Source: Octopus sinensis (Eukaryota). Taken from it: a stretch of DNA of 64,000 bases. The notes under the pieces are model-generated. The model was not told the DNA's origin, ran no database searches, and worked only from the letters and a program-made list of their open reading frames with translations. The translations under genes were made by a program, and so were the position numbers. Positions 1 through 12,479 of this stretch are shown in pieces (the first letter of the stretch is position 1; each line of letters starts with the position of its first letter). The stretch is from the NCBI RefSeq assembly GCF_006345805.1, contig NC_043015.1:2604001-2668000 (forward strand). Reading direction: 5' to 3'.

Positions 1-193
1 ATTATCTCCTGTAGAAAGCGGATTATAAGTGGATAAATCAGTGTATTGGCTTTAGAATAACCCTCTTTAGCCCTTAATTATATGATGTTTAAACTTCAAC
101 CGTAACGGGTTTTTTTAATATACTGCCCACGCTTCCTGATGGATTCCTTTTCTGTAGAGAAAGGGACTTCATCCTATATTGTTAGTAGTATAT

Positions 194-256
<63 letters not shown>

Positions 257-289
257 TATATATACATATATATATGTGTGTGTGTGTTT

Positions 290-497
290 GTGTGTCTGTG
301 TTTGTCCTCCTAGCATTCCTTGACAACCGATGCTGGTGTGTTTATGTCCCCGTTACTTCGCGGTACGGCAAAAGAGACCGATAGAATAAGTACTGGGCTT
401 ACAAAAGAATAAGTCCCGGGGTCGAGTTGCTCGATTACAGGCGGTACTCCAGCATGGCCGCAGTCAAATGACTGAAACAAGTAAAAGAAAGTAAAAT
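290..497 (+). mobile_element. SINE family A, 3' half
   Basis: Follows a (TA)n/(TG)n tract and ends GGCGGTACTCCAGCATGGCCGCAGTCAAATGACTGAAACAAGTAAAAG; homologous to 50888-51065(-) and 32520-32755(+). Confidence 0.8.
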
Positions 498-719
498 AAT
501 ATATACATATCAGCGATTAGTTTCAACCAAGACGAATCTTTTGAAAACTGCTGTCGTATTAGGCTGCATTTATTACATTAACAATGCATAACAGTACGTC
601 TTATTTCTTGAATAGTATATGCATATTCGCTGTAAAATTGTTGTCAAATTTATTCTCATCGGTACACATGTTTTTTGTGTCATTGAAATGAATGATTATG
701 ATTTTTTGTCATTATACCA

Positions 720-1260
720 TAAATTTCACCTTCTGGTACCTTCGCCTTACTTTGAAAAAAGGCATCACCCTACCCTACATAGTGGTGAGAGGTCACTGAA
801 TTAGATGAAGAAGTTTAAGTATATCGGGGCAGAATTCACGATTTATAACATAAACAAGAGATTGATATGTATACTAGAATAATTAGTGTTTCACAGTACT
901 GTACCAGTTCCAACTCCTGTTGGAGAGAATGGAGACGTGTTATAAAAGCCAGTTCAGATGTCGTGCTTTTTCTCCTCTATTGTAATAAATGCCGGATAAT
1001 TATCAAAAGTAATTATACAAGCGGCCGATATGGGTTTCCTAGGAATAATTTCGGGAGCAGCACTACTCGAAAATGCGGCTTTTTCTATGTCGAACTGGTA
1101 TGTCGCCCCATTGATAGGTCACCACTACAATTATACAGATATATGTTTGGAATGTCAAAGAAATAAATATCGCAAGGCGGGTTCTTCGAACCGAGGCAAA
1201 ACGCAGGAGACCTAAAGATAGATGTACAACACGGTGGTTGATAATTTTCACAATCGCAGT
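720..1260 (+). mobile_element. RTE-clade LINE, decayed ORF2 C-terminal fragment
   Basis: Frameshifted pieces MKKFKYIGAEFT, IQAADMGFLGIISG and RSPLQLYRYMFGM resemble RTE motifs FKYLG, IQAAEMxFLRRI and RxQLRWYGHVxRM. Confidence 0.7.
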
Positions 1261-2914
1261 TGGTCACGCTACAAAAATAAAGAAAAGAAATTAGTGTCGA
1301 TGGCTACAGATATTACCTTCAAAGGTGGGACCGGGGGACCTTCGCCTCATGAAGCTCCCAGGAATAATGGACAGAGAAAAACAACAAAAAGATGGGTCAT
1401 AGTTGGAGGAAAGTGTGAAGAAAACTGCTGCATAGATACAGCCATCCATGTATCTCAACATCATTGCATCTAAACATCCATCTATAAATGCACACATGCA
1501 TACCTACATATATATATGTGCGTGTGTGTGTTTGTTTATACACGTGTGTTTATCTAACAGTATATGCCTGTGCTGGTCATATTTGCATTTCCATTTCATA
1601 ATAATACTCATGGATATATGAGTCGTGATGATACATAATACAATAACCAAATTATTGTGACCACGGAATTTTCTTTGGCATTGCATTTTAATAGTATTCA
1701 TAAGTGGTCTCTTTCCAGTCACGTATTCTTCCCTGTATATTTTTCGCCCAATGAAAATAAATACAATGGCATTTTACGCATAAATGATGGAAGATTTGGG
1801 TTGATGTGTTCCTTGTATGTGATATCTTTTGAAGGTAATCTTCTTTTATGAATATGACATTGATCTCTTTCTACTAGCGTACGACATTATAGCTAAAAAC
1901 GGATCAACGTATTTTGACAAGGATGTACCAAAATAGCTTACACGATTCGTAGTTTTGATACTAGTTGCTTCCGATATTAGGGAATTTAGGTTTCAAATGT
2001 GTAAATCCTCCTTTGAAGCAAACACACCCAATGACATCATCTCCATTACTTCTAGAATTTCATTTCTTCATATTTCGATTCATATTCTGTTATATACAGT
2101 AGATATAGAATACTGATGTTTAAGTTAGTGTAGTTTAGAATACTGATTTCAGCTGCTTCACATGTAATTGTTGATATCAACATTTCGCTTACTCAGTATT
2201 TTAGCGTTATCGCATTACTGTATTCTTCAGACTACTCTATCCTGGCTATTACTAAATGTCACTAAAATAAATACGATCATCGTTTAGTTGTTTTCATATT
2301 TACTCAATGTGTTTCTGTTGTATTCCTACTAGGTCTAATATACATTGCAAAATTGCTTACCAGCTCAATGCACGATTTATTTAGTTATCCATAGCTAATT
2401 CATAATGGTTTTCTCTTCTTGTTTGCCGCAGTTTTTGGCATACATTATTTTAGAAGCTACAAAAACAGAAGTCTGCTCTTCTCCCACAGTGCATTTATAA
2501 CCACGTTGTAAAACTTAAGCAACCGTTCAGTTTTTATTACCACCTTATTTTTTATCGACTCGTGAAAAAATGATATAGAAAGAAATCAGAATAATTTCAG
2601 TAGAAGTACAAATTTAGCCGGTTCGCCTCGGGAAGGTATTATTCAATGGATCTAAAATGTCAACGAAATTGCTGACTTTATTTAATTCCAATAGAGCAGC
2701 TATATAATCCTATTTTGCATTCGAGCAAGCATCTAGTTGAACAGTTTTTTTTTTTTTTTTTTATCTAGCCATCTTATTTCCGCATATTTCTAGCGTTCTA
2801 ATGTAAAGCATTTGTCTTATTTCTTCATGGCATTTGGGCTCCAATGTGAATTGTGTGTTGTTTTTGAATAAAATTAACATTTAAAAAAAAACTAAATTTC
2901 CATACTGGTTCTTC

Positions 2915-3194
2915 TTTAGTTAGTAAGTTAATTCTTTTGCTCAAAAAGCAAAAAGCAAGGCCATGTAGGGGGACATGGAGTTATGTACAGGGTGGTGATC
3001 ATGTAAAGAGTTCAGGCCACTTGTCGTCAAGGGAGACTTTGAACCGAGCGGTCGTCGGCATCTTCACTATCTCATCCGGCAGCTTATTCCACGCATCCGC
3101 AACCCGGACGGAGAAAGCCCCTCTCCTTCGATTTTGATGAAATCGTCGCAGATAGAGCTTTTCGGAGTGATCCCGCAGCCGACACTCTGGAGCG
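2915..3194 (-). mobile_element. CR1-type LINE 3' end (ORF2 tail plus 3' UTR), 5'-truncated
   Basis: Open frame 3193->2999: APECRLRDHSEKLYLRRFHQNRRRGAFSVRVADAWNKLPDEIVKMPTTARFKVSLDDKWPELFT*, matching the CR1 terminal pattern RGHxxKL...FSxRVxxxWNxLP...FKxxLD. Confidence 0.85.
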
Positions 3195-3364
3195 ATGTCA
3201 CTAGAAATATTGATATGGAAGTTGTGTGAGTATTCTTTGTCAGTAGAGATAAATAATTTTTATCCCGTTCCAGATTGTGTGAAATTTGAATAAAATAATA
3301 CTATTTGGGATCTAGTAAAAATATATATACTTTAAATTTTGATGTACTCATATGATTTTTATCT

Positions 3365-3520
3365 ACATTATTTGCATTTCACACTTATTTGTCATCATCT
3401 TCTTTATTGTTAACACGACGTTTCCGCTGATATACTCTCCAGACTTCATCGTTTGCTTGGGGAAATTTCGAACCTGGGTTTCCATTTAAAATGTATTTTT
3501 CGATGTTATTATTATTATCA
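3365..3520 (-). mobile_element. Penelope-like pLTR fragment with degenerate minimal hammerhead (3412-3456)
   Basis: Minus strand reads aaAC-GATGA-agtctggagagtatatcagcg-GAAACGTC-gtgtt; same family as 56131-56257. Confidence 0.6.
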
Positions 3521-3599
3521 ATATTATTATAGATAGATAGGTATACATTCATACATACATATGTATATATATACATACATACATATATATATATGTATA

Positions 3600-3813
3600 T
3601 ATAAGTATATGAAAGAATGGAGTTGAACGACTAGTTAACAAATATCCTTTATTTTCGACATATGTTTCGAAAGCTGCATATTCCTAATTCCGAAGGAATA
3701 AGGAGTACTCCTTATTCCTTCGGAATTAGGAATATGCAGCCTTCGAAACATATGTCGAGAATAAAGGATATTTGTTAACTAGTCGTTCAACTCCATTCTT
3801 TCATATACTTATA
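3600..3813. repeat. Near-perfect ~214-bp palindrome with no spacer; left part of a (TA)n-flanked element 3600-3970
   Basis: Arms 3600-3706 and 3707-3813 centred on GGAGTACTCC, 2 mismatches seen; contains GAAACATATGTC-GAG-AATAAA starting at 3745. Confidence 0.95.
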
Positions 3814-3981
3814 ATTTTAAAATAAAAATACACATTTTCGCATGAAGACACGTAGTCTATGCCCTAGGGACGTAGCTTCAACCGTGTTCTTTCTGATGTG
3901 AATTTGCTACCCAGGTATCGGTTATCTTTCGAATTATCCTTAATAAGATAATTCATTCAATTACTCAAATATATGTATATA

Positions 3982-4066
<85 letters not shown>

Positions 4067-4079
4067 TTTGCACTACATC

Positions 4080-4285
4080 AATTACGACGTGGGATCCATT
4101 TGATCTGATCAACGGAAATGCCTGTTCCTAAAACTGACGTCCAAGTGGCTGAGAAATCGTTAGACACGTGTACTATTATCGTGGGTCTTAGAGAATTTCA
4201 GCTTGACACAGAATATATCAAGGTTGTCTCTTTGAAGTACAGTTAACATACAGTTTTGCCAGGTGATTGGAGCAACGTGAAAAAA
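4080..4285 (-). mobile_element. SINE family B, decayed 3' part
   Basis: Aligns by eye to 5430-5640 (gatcaacgga..gacacgtgta..ggagcaacgtgaaa). Confidence 0.7.
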
Positions 4286-4752
4286 TATGTGATCAAATAA
4301 GAATTATTATATTCGTTGAAATCGAGCTTTCATCCAACCATCTGGTATTGTATGCATTGACTTTAACGTGCTTTCGAATTTATAAGAAAATAAGAGGCAT
4401 TCACTGAAAAACGTCACAGATGTCTGACATTTGCAGTCGACAAATACATACATAATTTTAGTTTCCATTACAATAACATACAAATATCGACATAGAAGTT
4501 ACTTAAAATGTATGTTATATTTCAACATATTTTGTTCATTTTTTTCTCTTTTACTTAATATTTATATCAAGAAATGCCTCATCCATTGTTTGCTGTGATG
4601 AAAGTAGTATTATTGTGATATTTTACAATCACGAAAAAATGCACATACAAATACGAAACAAAATATATTATACTTTCCTAATATGTTCATACACGCACGC
4701 ACGCACACACACTCACACGCACGCACATATACGTACAATGACTGACGTAGGC

Positions 4753-4787
<35 letters not shown>

Positions 4788-4879
4788 ATGTATATATATT
4801 ATATATATATGTATGTATATATATGTATATTTATATATATATATATATGTAGATATATATATATATATGTAGATATATA

Positions 4880-4935
<56 letters not shown>

Positions 4936-4939
4936 ATAT

Positions 4940-4972
<33 letters not shown>

Positions 4973-5000
4973 GCGTATATATATATGTATATATATATAT

Positions 5001-5031
<31 letters not shown>

Positions 5032-5415
5032 TTAGAAATACAGTAGATATGTTTTTTTGTTAATGTCAATGTGTGCATCAATGTGCGTGAGAAAATACGC
5101 GTAGTTTTGTGTCTGTATATGAATACACATATTTATATATGCACATATATACTTGTATTACTGTGTACGTTTGCAGACATAGGTGCATATGTGCATGTCT
5201 TTGAACGAACTGGAAAAAAAAGAAAGAGTTTCATTCACGAAATGAAGGTAGTTTACACAATACATTACAGGAAATAGCAAAAAAATGTTTGCAATGTTAA
5301 ATAAGAGATACCTTATATGTGTTTGTAATATCGAGGTATGAATGTTAGTTTGCATTTTATTTATGATACATAACATAAAATCTGACAAAGGTGACATTAT
5401 ATATATATGTATAAA

Positions 5416-5731
5416 GACTCCGCCGGTTACGACGACGAGGTTCCCAGCTGATACGATCAACGGAACAGCTTGCTCGTGAAATTAACGTGCAAATGGCTGA
5501 GCATTCCACAGACACGTGTACCCTTAACGTAGTTCTCGGGGATAATCAGAGTGACACAGAGAGTGACAAGGCTGACCCTTTGAAATACAAGTACAACTCA
5601 TTTTTGCCAGCTGAGTGGACTGGAGCAACGTGAAATAAAGTGTCTTGCTCAAGGACACAACGCGTCGCCGGGAATCGAACTCACAACCTTACGATCATGA
5701 GCCGAATGCCCTAACCACTAAGCCACGCGCC
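5416..5731 (-). mobile_element. SINE family B, full-length, tRNA-derived head
   Basis: Head GGCGCGTGGCTTAGTGGTTAGGG (A box)...GAGTTCGATTCCC (B box), then TTGTGTCCTTGAGCAAGACACTT core (resembles the Meta/V-type SINE domain); several other copies in the window. Confidence 0.85.
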
Positions 5732-5780
5732 TTCATATATGTATATATATATATGTGTATATATATATATATATTATATA

Positions 5781-5827
<47 letters not shown>

Positions 5828-5843
5828 GTGTTTGTTTATATAC

Positions 5844-5877
<34 letters not shown>

Positions 5878-8800
5878 ACATATGTATATATATATATGGG
5901 TAGATAGATAGGTAGATATGCAGATAGATATATATCCATATATTTGTGTGTTTGTGCCTCTGTGTATTTGTGAGTGTGCGTGCGTGCTTTTGTGTATGCA
6001 TGTATACATAATATTTATGATGTACGGTTTGTGTTTAAATTGAATATTTGATGAGGAGGGCATGCGTGCCATGATCTTAATGATAAACCAAATATAAATA
6101 GTATGAATAACGGTGATAGTAACGTTATTAATGAGGTAGTGTTTTTGATATTGACTAAAAATTAAGTACTGAAAACATTTACGTAGATATATACCATCAG
6201 TTTTCAATGATTTGAATATTAATATCTTTACATTTTTATCGTTTAATTCCGGTGCGCACAATGTGTCTTATTTTCTTTTGACAGAATTCATCACCAATTC
6301 TACATTCAGTCGTATTATCAATAATGTTCAATAATAATAAAACAAAATCTCACTTAAGTAAATTTTGGAATACGAAGGATTAGAACTCAGTTATAATTTC
6401 ATGGATTTAAAGCATAAGATATATATTGTCTGTTGTTAAGACACTTGTTTAATCAGCTAAATGTCTTAGAGAAGCCTAATAGAAACAATGAATTCAGAAT
6501 TGTAAAGTATAATTCATTATTAGTACAAACAAAGAAAGAAAATGCTTTATAGGTATGTCAACAGCGGTTAAATCAGTTGTTGTTTGCTCGTTAAGGATAT
6601 GTTCCTTCCTACAGTAGATGGAGATAAAATAATATCCCCCAAGCGACAATCTGCATCGTATATTAAAATCTATCGTACTCAAAAGAATGTTAACGACATT
6701 AAGTATATTAGCTTTTTTTTACTATATACGAACAACAGAGCATATAATAGATTGACTACAATTTACAGTTATATTATTTTTCAATGACACCATTTTGAGA
6801 GTTCCAAAACAAGCTTTGAGTATTGCTTACGATTCAGGACTTTTAAAACTTTGTGCCATCTCATTTAAATTGAACATAGTAAAATTATGTAGTTAAACAT
6901 GCTTTGCCATATGGGATAGATATACATATCAATTTCTTCACGGAAGAGAAGCTAGTGTACACGGTAAATTCTCTAAGTATATTTCTCCCAAAACAACCGA
7001 TATTGTTCACAAACACATTATTTCCCAATTCAATTGCCAGTGGATCAGCAATAGATTTAACCATGATCCTTTAATCCTGATTCCAATAGTTACGTGTGAT
7101 CTGTCAAAAGGAATACTTTGACGGATACCATAATGTTAAATTTCATTTTAGATGTTTAAAGGAATGAAGAGTAATTTCCCGGAATCTTAAAAGGAAATAA
7201 AATAGCGATTGCAAAATATATAAATTCTTAATTTGCTGTGTTTTCTGGGTTTGTTTGAAGTTGATTCTCCAATATTACGAAAACCGTTCTCCAAACGGAA
7301 AACTGAGGATTACGTCGTAAGATCTCACACTAAACCTCTGGCACACAGTAGCAATTTACGACAATATATCCTTTGATCTCATATAAAATTTACCTTGATT
7401 CTGGCATTTTCTATATTAGAATCAGCTTGAGAAGCATTATGCGTCAGATTATCTAACATACTTGAAGAAGAATTATGGCAATTCATAAGATTTGCATATT
7501 ACATCCATTTTCAAGTGCTATGTGAGAAAATAAGTATTCAGTTTTGCACGTATCCATACGCTATTTCATCTAGAGTTATTTGCAGTATATGTGCTCTTAT
7601 AAATATGATTTGAATACTTTTAGACACATCACACGCAGATAAATGAAATATTACGCATACATGCCGCTTGTCTATTAGTGTAGATATATGGTGGATATTG
7701 CTATATGTTTACATTCAGGAAGATAATGACAAAGCATTCCGTTTCATCGAACATACTAATTCACACAAAATCCGTACTGCATTATAATATACCGGTAATG
7801 TTATCTGTCACATGTATCATCTTGGACGCATCAGAGATATCAAACCCGTTTCCTTTTGCTGTTTCTTTACTCTTGACACAGTTGAAACAGAATTACTGGT
7901 TTCCAAGTGAAAGAATAAATCAGGTACAAAGAAGAATAAATGTAAAACAACTTTTTATAGAAATATAGAGAAAACATTCTCATCAATTGACGTAACACAT
8001 CACCTAAATCTAATCTCATTAAGTTGTTACATTTTGTCGTGTGTCGTCTAAGCCGTAGATGATTATACAGTGCAATAGAAAAGTTGACAAATACTTTGAG
8101 ATGTGGAACTTTGAGTTTTCGCCAAAGTAACCGAGGCAAGTTTATACAAATCATTACATAACTAAAAAATCACTAAAGCTCAACTTGAGTAAACTAATCG
8201 TAAGACAGGAATATATTACTGTAAATGTGAACCAACATAATTAGTTGGTCTGAGTTGTTATCGAAGTGCGTTTCCCATTACATTTCCGCCCATTGGAATT
8301 CAACAAAGTAGGGATTTTCTGAAAACGTTGAATCGAGCCTAGAGGTTGGACCTATATTCCTACAAAAATGTAAACATGATACAGAGATATAGAATATTAT
8401 TCATGTATAAATTTCGAGTGAATTTAGCATATATACAGTAAACCAGTTGCCTTTTCATTTAAATATTTGAGCTTCAGTGAATTTTCTATTAATGAATAAC
8501 AAGGTAGTTCTATCATGGCCAGAAACCTTTGGTCATATCGTCGTCTATTTCATCTTGTCCATCTTCAAATTGAAAGAAATCTAATTATGTAAACTGTAAC
8601 ATTAATATTATTATTTTTTGTAAAATATCCACCTATACTTGAAATTCTTATTTTTACTTTGTCAATTTTTGGTATTACAACCAGTGCAATTAGCATTGCA
8701 AAGCGAATCAACAAAAAAAATTACAGACCTTATTTCTTTGATATGATTTTCCATTTTGCATACGCAATTCCTCACATGTTTTAACATTTGGGAGCTATCT

Positions 8801-10087
8801 CTTTAATAGTTAACATCAAAGATTCCTTTTTTTGCCAGATTTTGGAAATAATGACAAACTTCGTGGTTATAAACGTGAAATGTAATCTAATACCAAATAC
8901 TTTCTTTGAAGTATTTTTCCGCAGATTTCATTGTATTTTGCATGAAAAGAAAATATTGCACACTCTAAGATTTTCTTCCTTCCCATTGCAAATAATCTCA
9001 CTCGGATTTTACTAACATCTGTGTGATTTTCTTGATTTATATTATTTGTCATTTTATCACTGCGTGCGATTCTTTTTTTTTCTTGTTGTTGTTACTGATG
9101 TCTGTTAAAGAGACTTGAAAATCCCCCGTGTAATTTGAATCGATGAAACCAACAGCAAAACTAAAACAAAACAATAAACCAACAACTGCGCTATTATCAC
9201 ACAAATACCCACTGTCATTACACTTTTTGTAATTTACTTTAAAACTTTGTATTTTGTTTAAAAGCGTAGTTAAACAGTATAAAATTACAAGTACAATATA
9301 ATACTCGTTTGATGTGAAATTCAGACATTAGATAGAAAATCTACAAAACAAAATCTAATAAGGAAAGTTCTTTGAAAACAAATTTAGGTGTCTATATTTT
9401 CTAGTCAGTGAAAATAATTGAATTATTTACTCATAGTTGAAAGTAACAGGAAAGAGTATTGTTACCTGTGTTCGGTGTCATTGTTTGAATGCAGCAAGAA
9501 GAGTTAACATCATGTATCAAATAGATAAAATGTGTAAATAAAGAAAAGAAATGTTAGTATGTCTTCATCGAAATACGAATGTTTTCTAAAATCTATTACG
9601 ATAAATGCTCCGCTATTGTGTAACACCAAATAATTCTAGATTTGGCCAATTTTTGAGCAAAGGTGTCAGATCAAATTGCAAGCATCTCGGCAACTGACTT
9701 ACATTTATATTGCAAACGTAGCTCTTGATTTGGTAAGTAATTATATCTTATCTCAAACTAGATAAGAATAGCGATGACGATGTTGCCGCGGAGGTACTTA
9801 GCACCGATTCATACACACAAATGCCAATCACGTAGTTGAATAGTCAATAACGTTGACTGAAATTCTTCCTTCACAAAGTCTGACCTTGTTTTCGTGTCAA
9901 CTGCATCCAACAAAGATTTGTAAAATTGCTACAGAGAACGTTTGTGATCTGTATTTCGAAATCCATTACCACGCTACAAACAATTGCTATACACACATAC
10001 ACAAGCACAAACAAACACACACACAAACATATATATAAATATATATATATTCATATATGTATATATATATATATATTTATATACATA

Positions 10088-10282
10088 AAGGCGGCGAGAT
10101 GGTAGAAACGTTAGCACGCCGGGCGAGATTCGTCTGTCGTTACGTTCCGAGTTCAAATTCCGCCGAGGTCGACTTTGCCTTTCATCCTTTCGGGGTCGAT
10201 GTAGTCCACTTAATCCCTTTGTCTGTCCTTGTTTGTCCCCTTTGTCCCCTCTGTGTTTAGCCCCTTGTGGGCAGTAAAGAAA
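10088..10282 (+). mobile_element. SINE family C (internally deleted)
   Basis: AAGGCGGCGAGATGGTAGAAACGTTAGCACGCCGGGCG...GAGTTCAAATTCC (B box)...GTAAAGAAATA. Confidence 0.85.
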
Positions 10283-10525
10283 TATATATATATTTATATA
10301 CATATACTTATTCATATACATACATATATATAAGTTAAGGCAAGCTTAATGCGACACCTAATAGATGTCAATCGAAGAATTAGATTCGACTTTAATTGGA
10401 AACTACTCAACAGACACAGTTAAATGTGATTTTAATGGAATACTCGGCTTATTGGTCCCCAAACATACTTTTACTTTTGAGCCCCCTTGATTTCACTGCA
10501 TTTATATATATATATTATATACATA

Positions 10526-10720
10526 AAGGCGGCGAGATGGTAGAAACGTTAGCACGCCGGGCGAGATTCGTCTGTCGTTACGTTCCGAGTTCAAATTCCG
10601 CCGAGGTCGACTTTGCCTTTCATCCTTTCGGGGTCGATGTAGTCCACTTAATCCCTTTGTCTGTCCTTGTTTGTCCCCTTTGTCCCCTCTGTGTTTAGCC
10701 CCTTGTGGGCAGTAAAGAAA
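10526..10720 (+). mobile_element. SINE family C (duplicate copy)
   Basis: Identical to 10088-10282. Confidence 0.85.
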
Positions 10721-10937
10721 TATATATATATTTATATACATATACTTATTCATATACATACATATATATAAGTTAAGGCAAGCTTAATGCGACACCTAAT
10801 AGATGTCAATCGAAGAATTAGATTCGACTTTAATTGGAAACTACTCAACAGACACAGTTAAATGTGATTTTAATGGAATACTCGGCTTATTGGTCCCCAA
10901 ACATACTTTTACTTTTGAGCCCCCTTGATTTCACTGC

Positions 10938-10976
<39 letters not shown>

Positions 10977-11115
10977 ATGGGTTTCTATTTATGCGTGTAC
11001 ATGCATATATGTATATATGTATCTATCTATATCTATATATATATCTATCTATCTATATATATACTTGATGTGTTTCTATATACGCGTGTACACTTACACA
11101 CACACACACACATTT

Positions 11116-11155
<40 letters not shown>

Positions 11156-12357
11156 ACACACACACATATATATGACTTTTTTGGTATATAAGTATATTAG
11201 GAATATCAGATTAAAGATATGAAATCCATTAGACACGAAACACGTATTTCTCTATTACTCGCTCTCTGCTTTGCAAATTAGGGATACAATCGTATTTGAA
11301 TTTATTATATCAAATTATAATATCAAGTTATTTTAACAATTTTCTGGAGTTTGACTTAGTCACATGCATTATATGTTAACTCGCGCAGATTCAATGTACA
11401 TACGCTTATTTTCTTTCTGTATTTTAATTTTGCATATTAGCAGTAAATTTATAATTACCAAATCTTGTGACACATGATTTTTGCAGCAATATATCTCAAA
11501 TATCCGTAAAGTTGTTGTAAAGTGCACCAGGAGGATTTCAGTGGTTTTTTTTCTTTCTTTATTATATTACATAATTATAGAACATTTCAGATAACAATAT
11601 TTCAGCGAAGAATGAATCACAGAGAGTATATCATAGTATAGCAGAAGTTGATAGGAAATTCATCTCAAATGTATAGCTCTCTCGTATTTCTGAGTAAAAT
11701 CTACACTTGTAAAATTTACATGCGTTTGGACATGATTCAGTGCACATATACCAGTATGTATATGTATATTATGAATATATATATATAGACACACACATAC
11801 GCACACACATCCAGTGCGATTCAGAGCAAGGTCTTATATAGCATTGTGTATCCCATCGCCCTCAACAGTTGTTTATGTGTTAATTCATCCGATATTCGAT
11901 CTATATGGCTAGAATACCTCATTACAATTTTCAGAATCATTCATTTAATGGAAATGATGCTTTTAGACGCGAATAGTTCTCTGTCTCTTGTAAAAAAAAA
12001 AAGCTTCATTTAATGTTTAAAATGCTGCGAATGCATTTTTGGTGGAATCATTGTAACAATTTGAAATGTCTTTCATAGTACCTCAATCTTTAAAGGGAAT
12101 AAAATAGCGATGGTAAGGAAAAACATTTGTTACAAACCGATCTTGTGATGTTTTTATATGCCATTTGCGCCAAACAAGTGAGTCTAAACCGGAAAATGCT
12201 TGGGCCGGCAGCTGATTTCGCAGATGCATTTCTGTTTCCTTCACTTTGTACGTCTAAAGAAAATTTTAGGGAAAATTTCAAAACAGCGCCGCTTGCAGAT
12301 TGGCACATTACGACTGTTTTTAACAAAGTTATAGTGAAGCCGAAGTCAACATTCTGT

Positions 12358-12420
12358 GACAAATACAGGTACAAGTGTTCCGACAAATACAGGTACAAGT
12401 GTTCCGACAAATACAGGTAC
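12358..12420 (+). repeat. 24-bp tandem repeat, ~2.6 copies
   Basis: GACAAATACAGGTACAAGTGTTCC repeated. Confidence 0.9.
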
Positions 12421-12479
12421 GGCTTGTTCCGGCGTGGCAAAATATATCGTACTTGTCCGTAATGAATAAAGTAAAAAAA

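Larger units (their letters stand above)
10083..10958 (+). repeat. Exact tandem duplication, period 438 bp (SINE C plus a 170-bp unit, joined by TA tracts)
   Basis: 10083-10505 reads identical to 10521-10943; the ORF track gives identical peptides for both copies. Confidence 0.95.

Noticed and set aside
4615-5081. [12 protein letters not shown]-rich ORFs here and throughout the track
   Set aside because: Translations of (TA)n/(TG)n microsatellites, which lack stop codons; not genes.
5660-5731. tRNA gene (also 38920-38996 and 51265-51328)
   Set aside because: A/B boxes run directly into repeated SINE bodies; these are SINE heads, not standalone tRNAs.
12358-12420. CRISPR-like short repeats
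   Set aside because: Contiguous 24-bp tandem units with no unique spacers; eukaryotic context and no cas genes.
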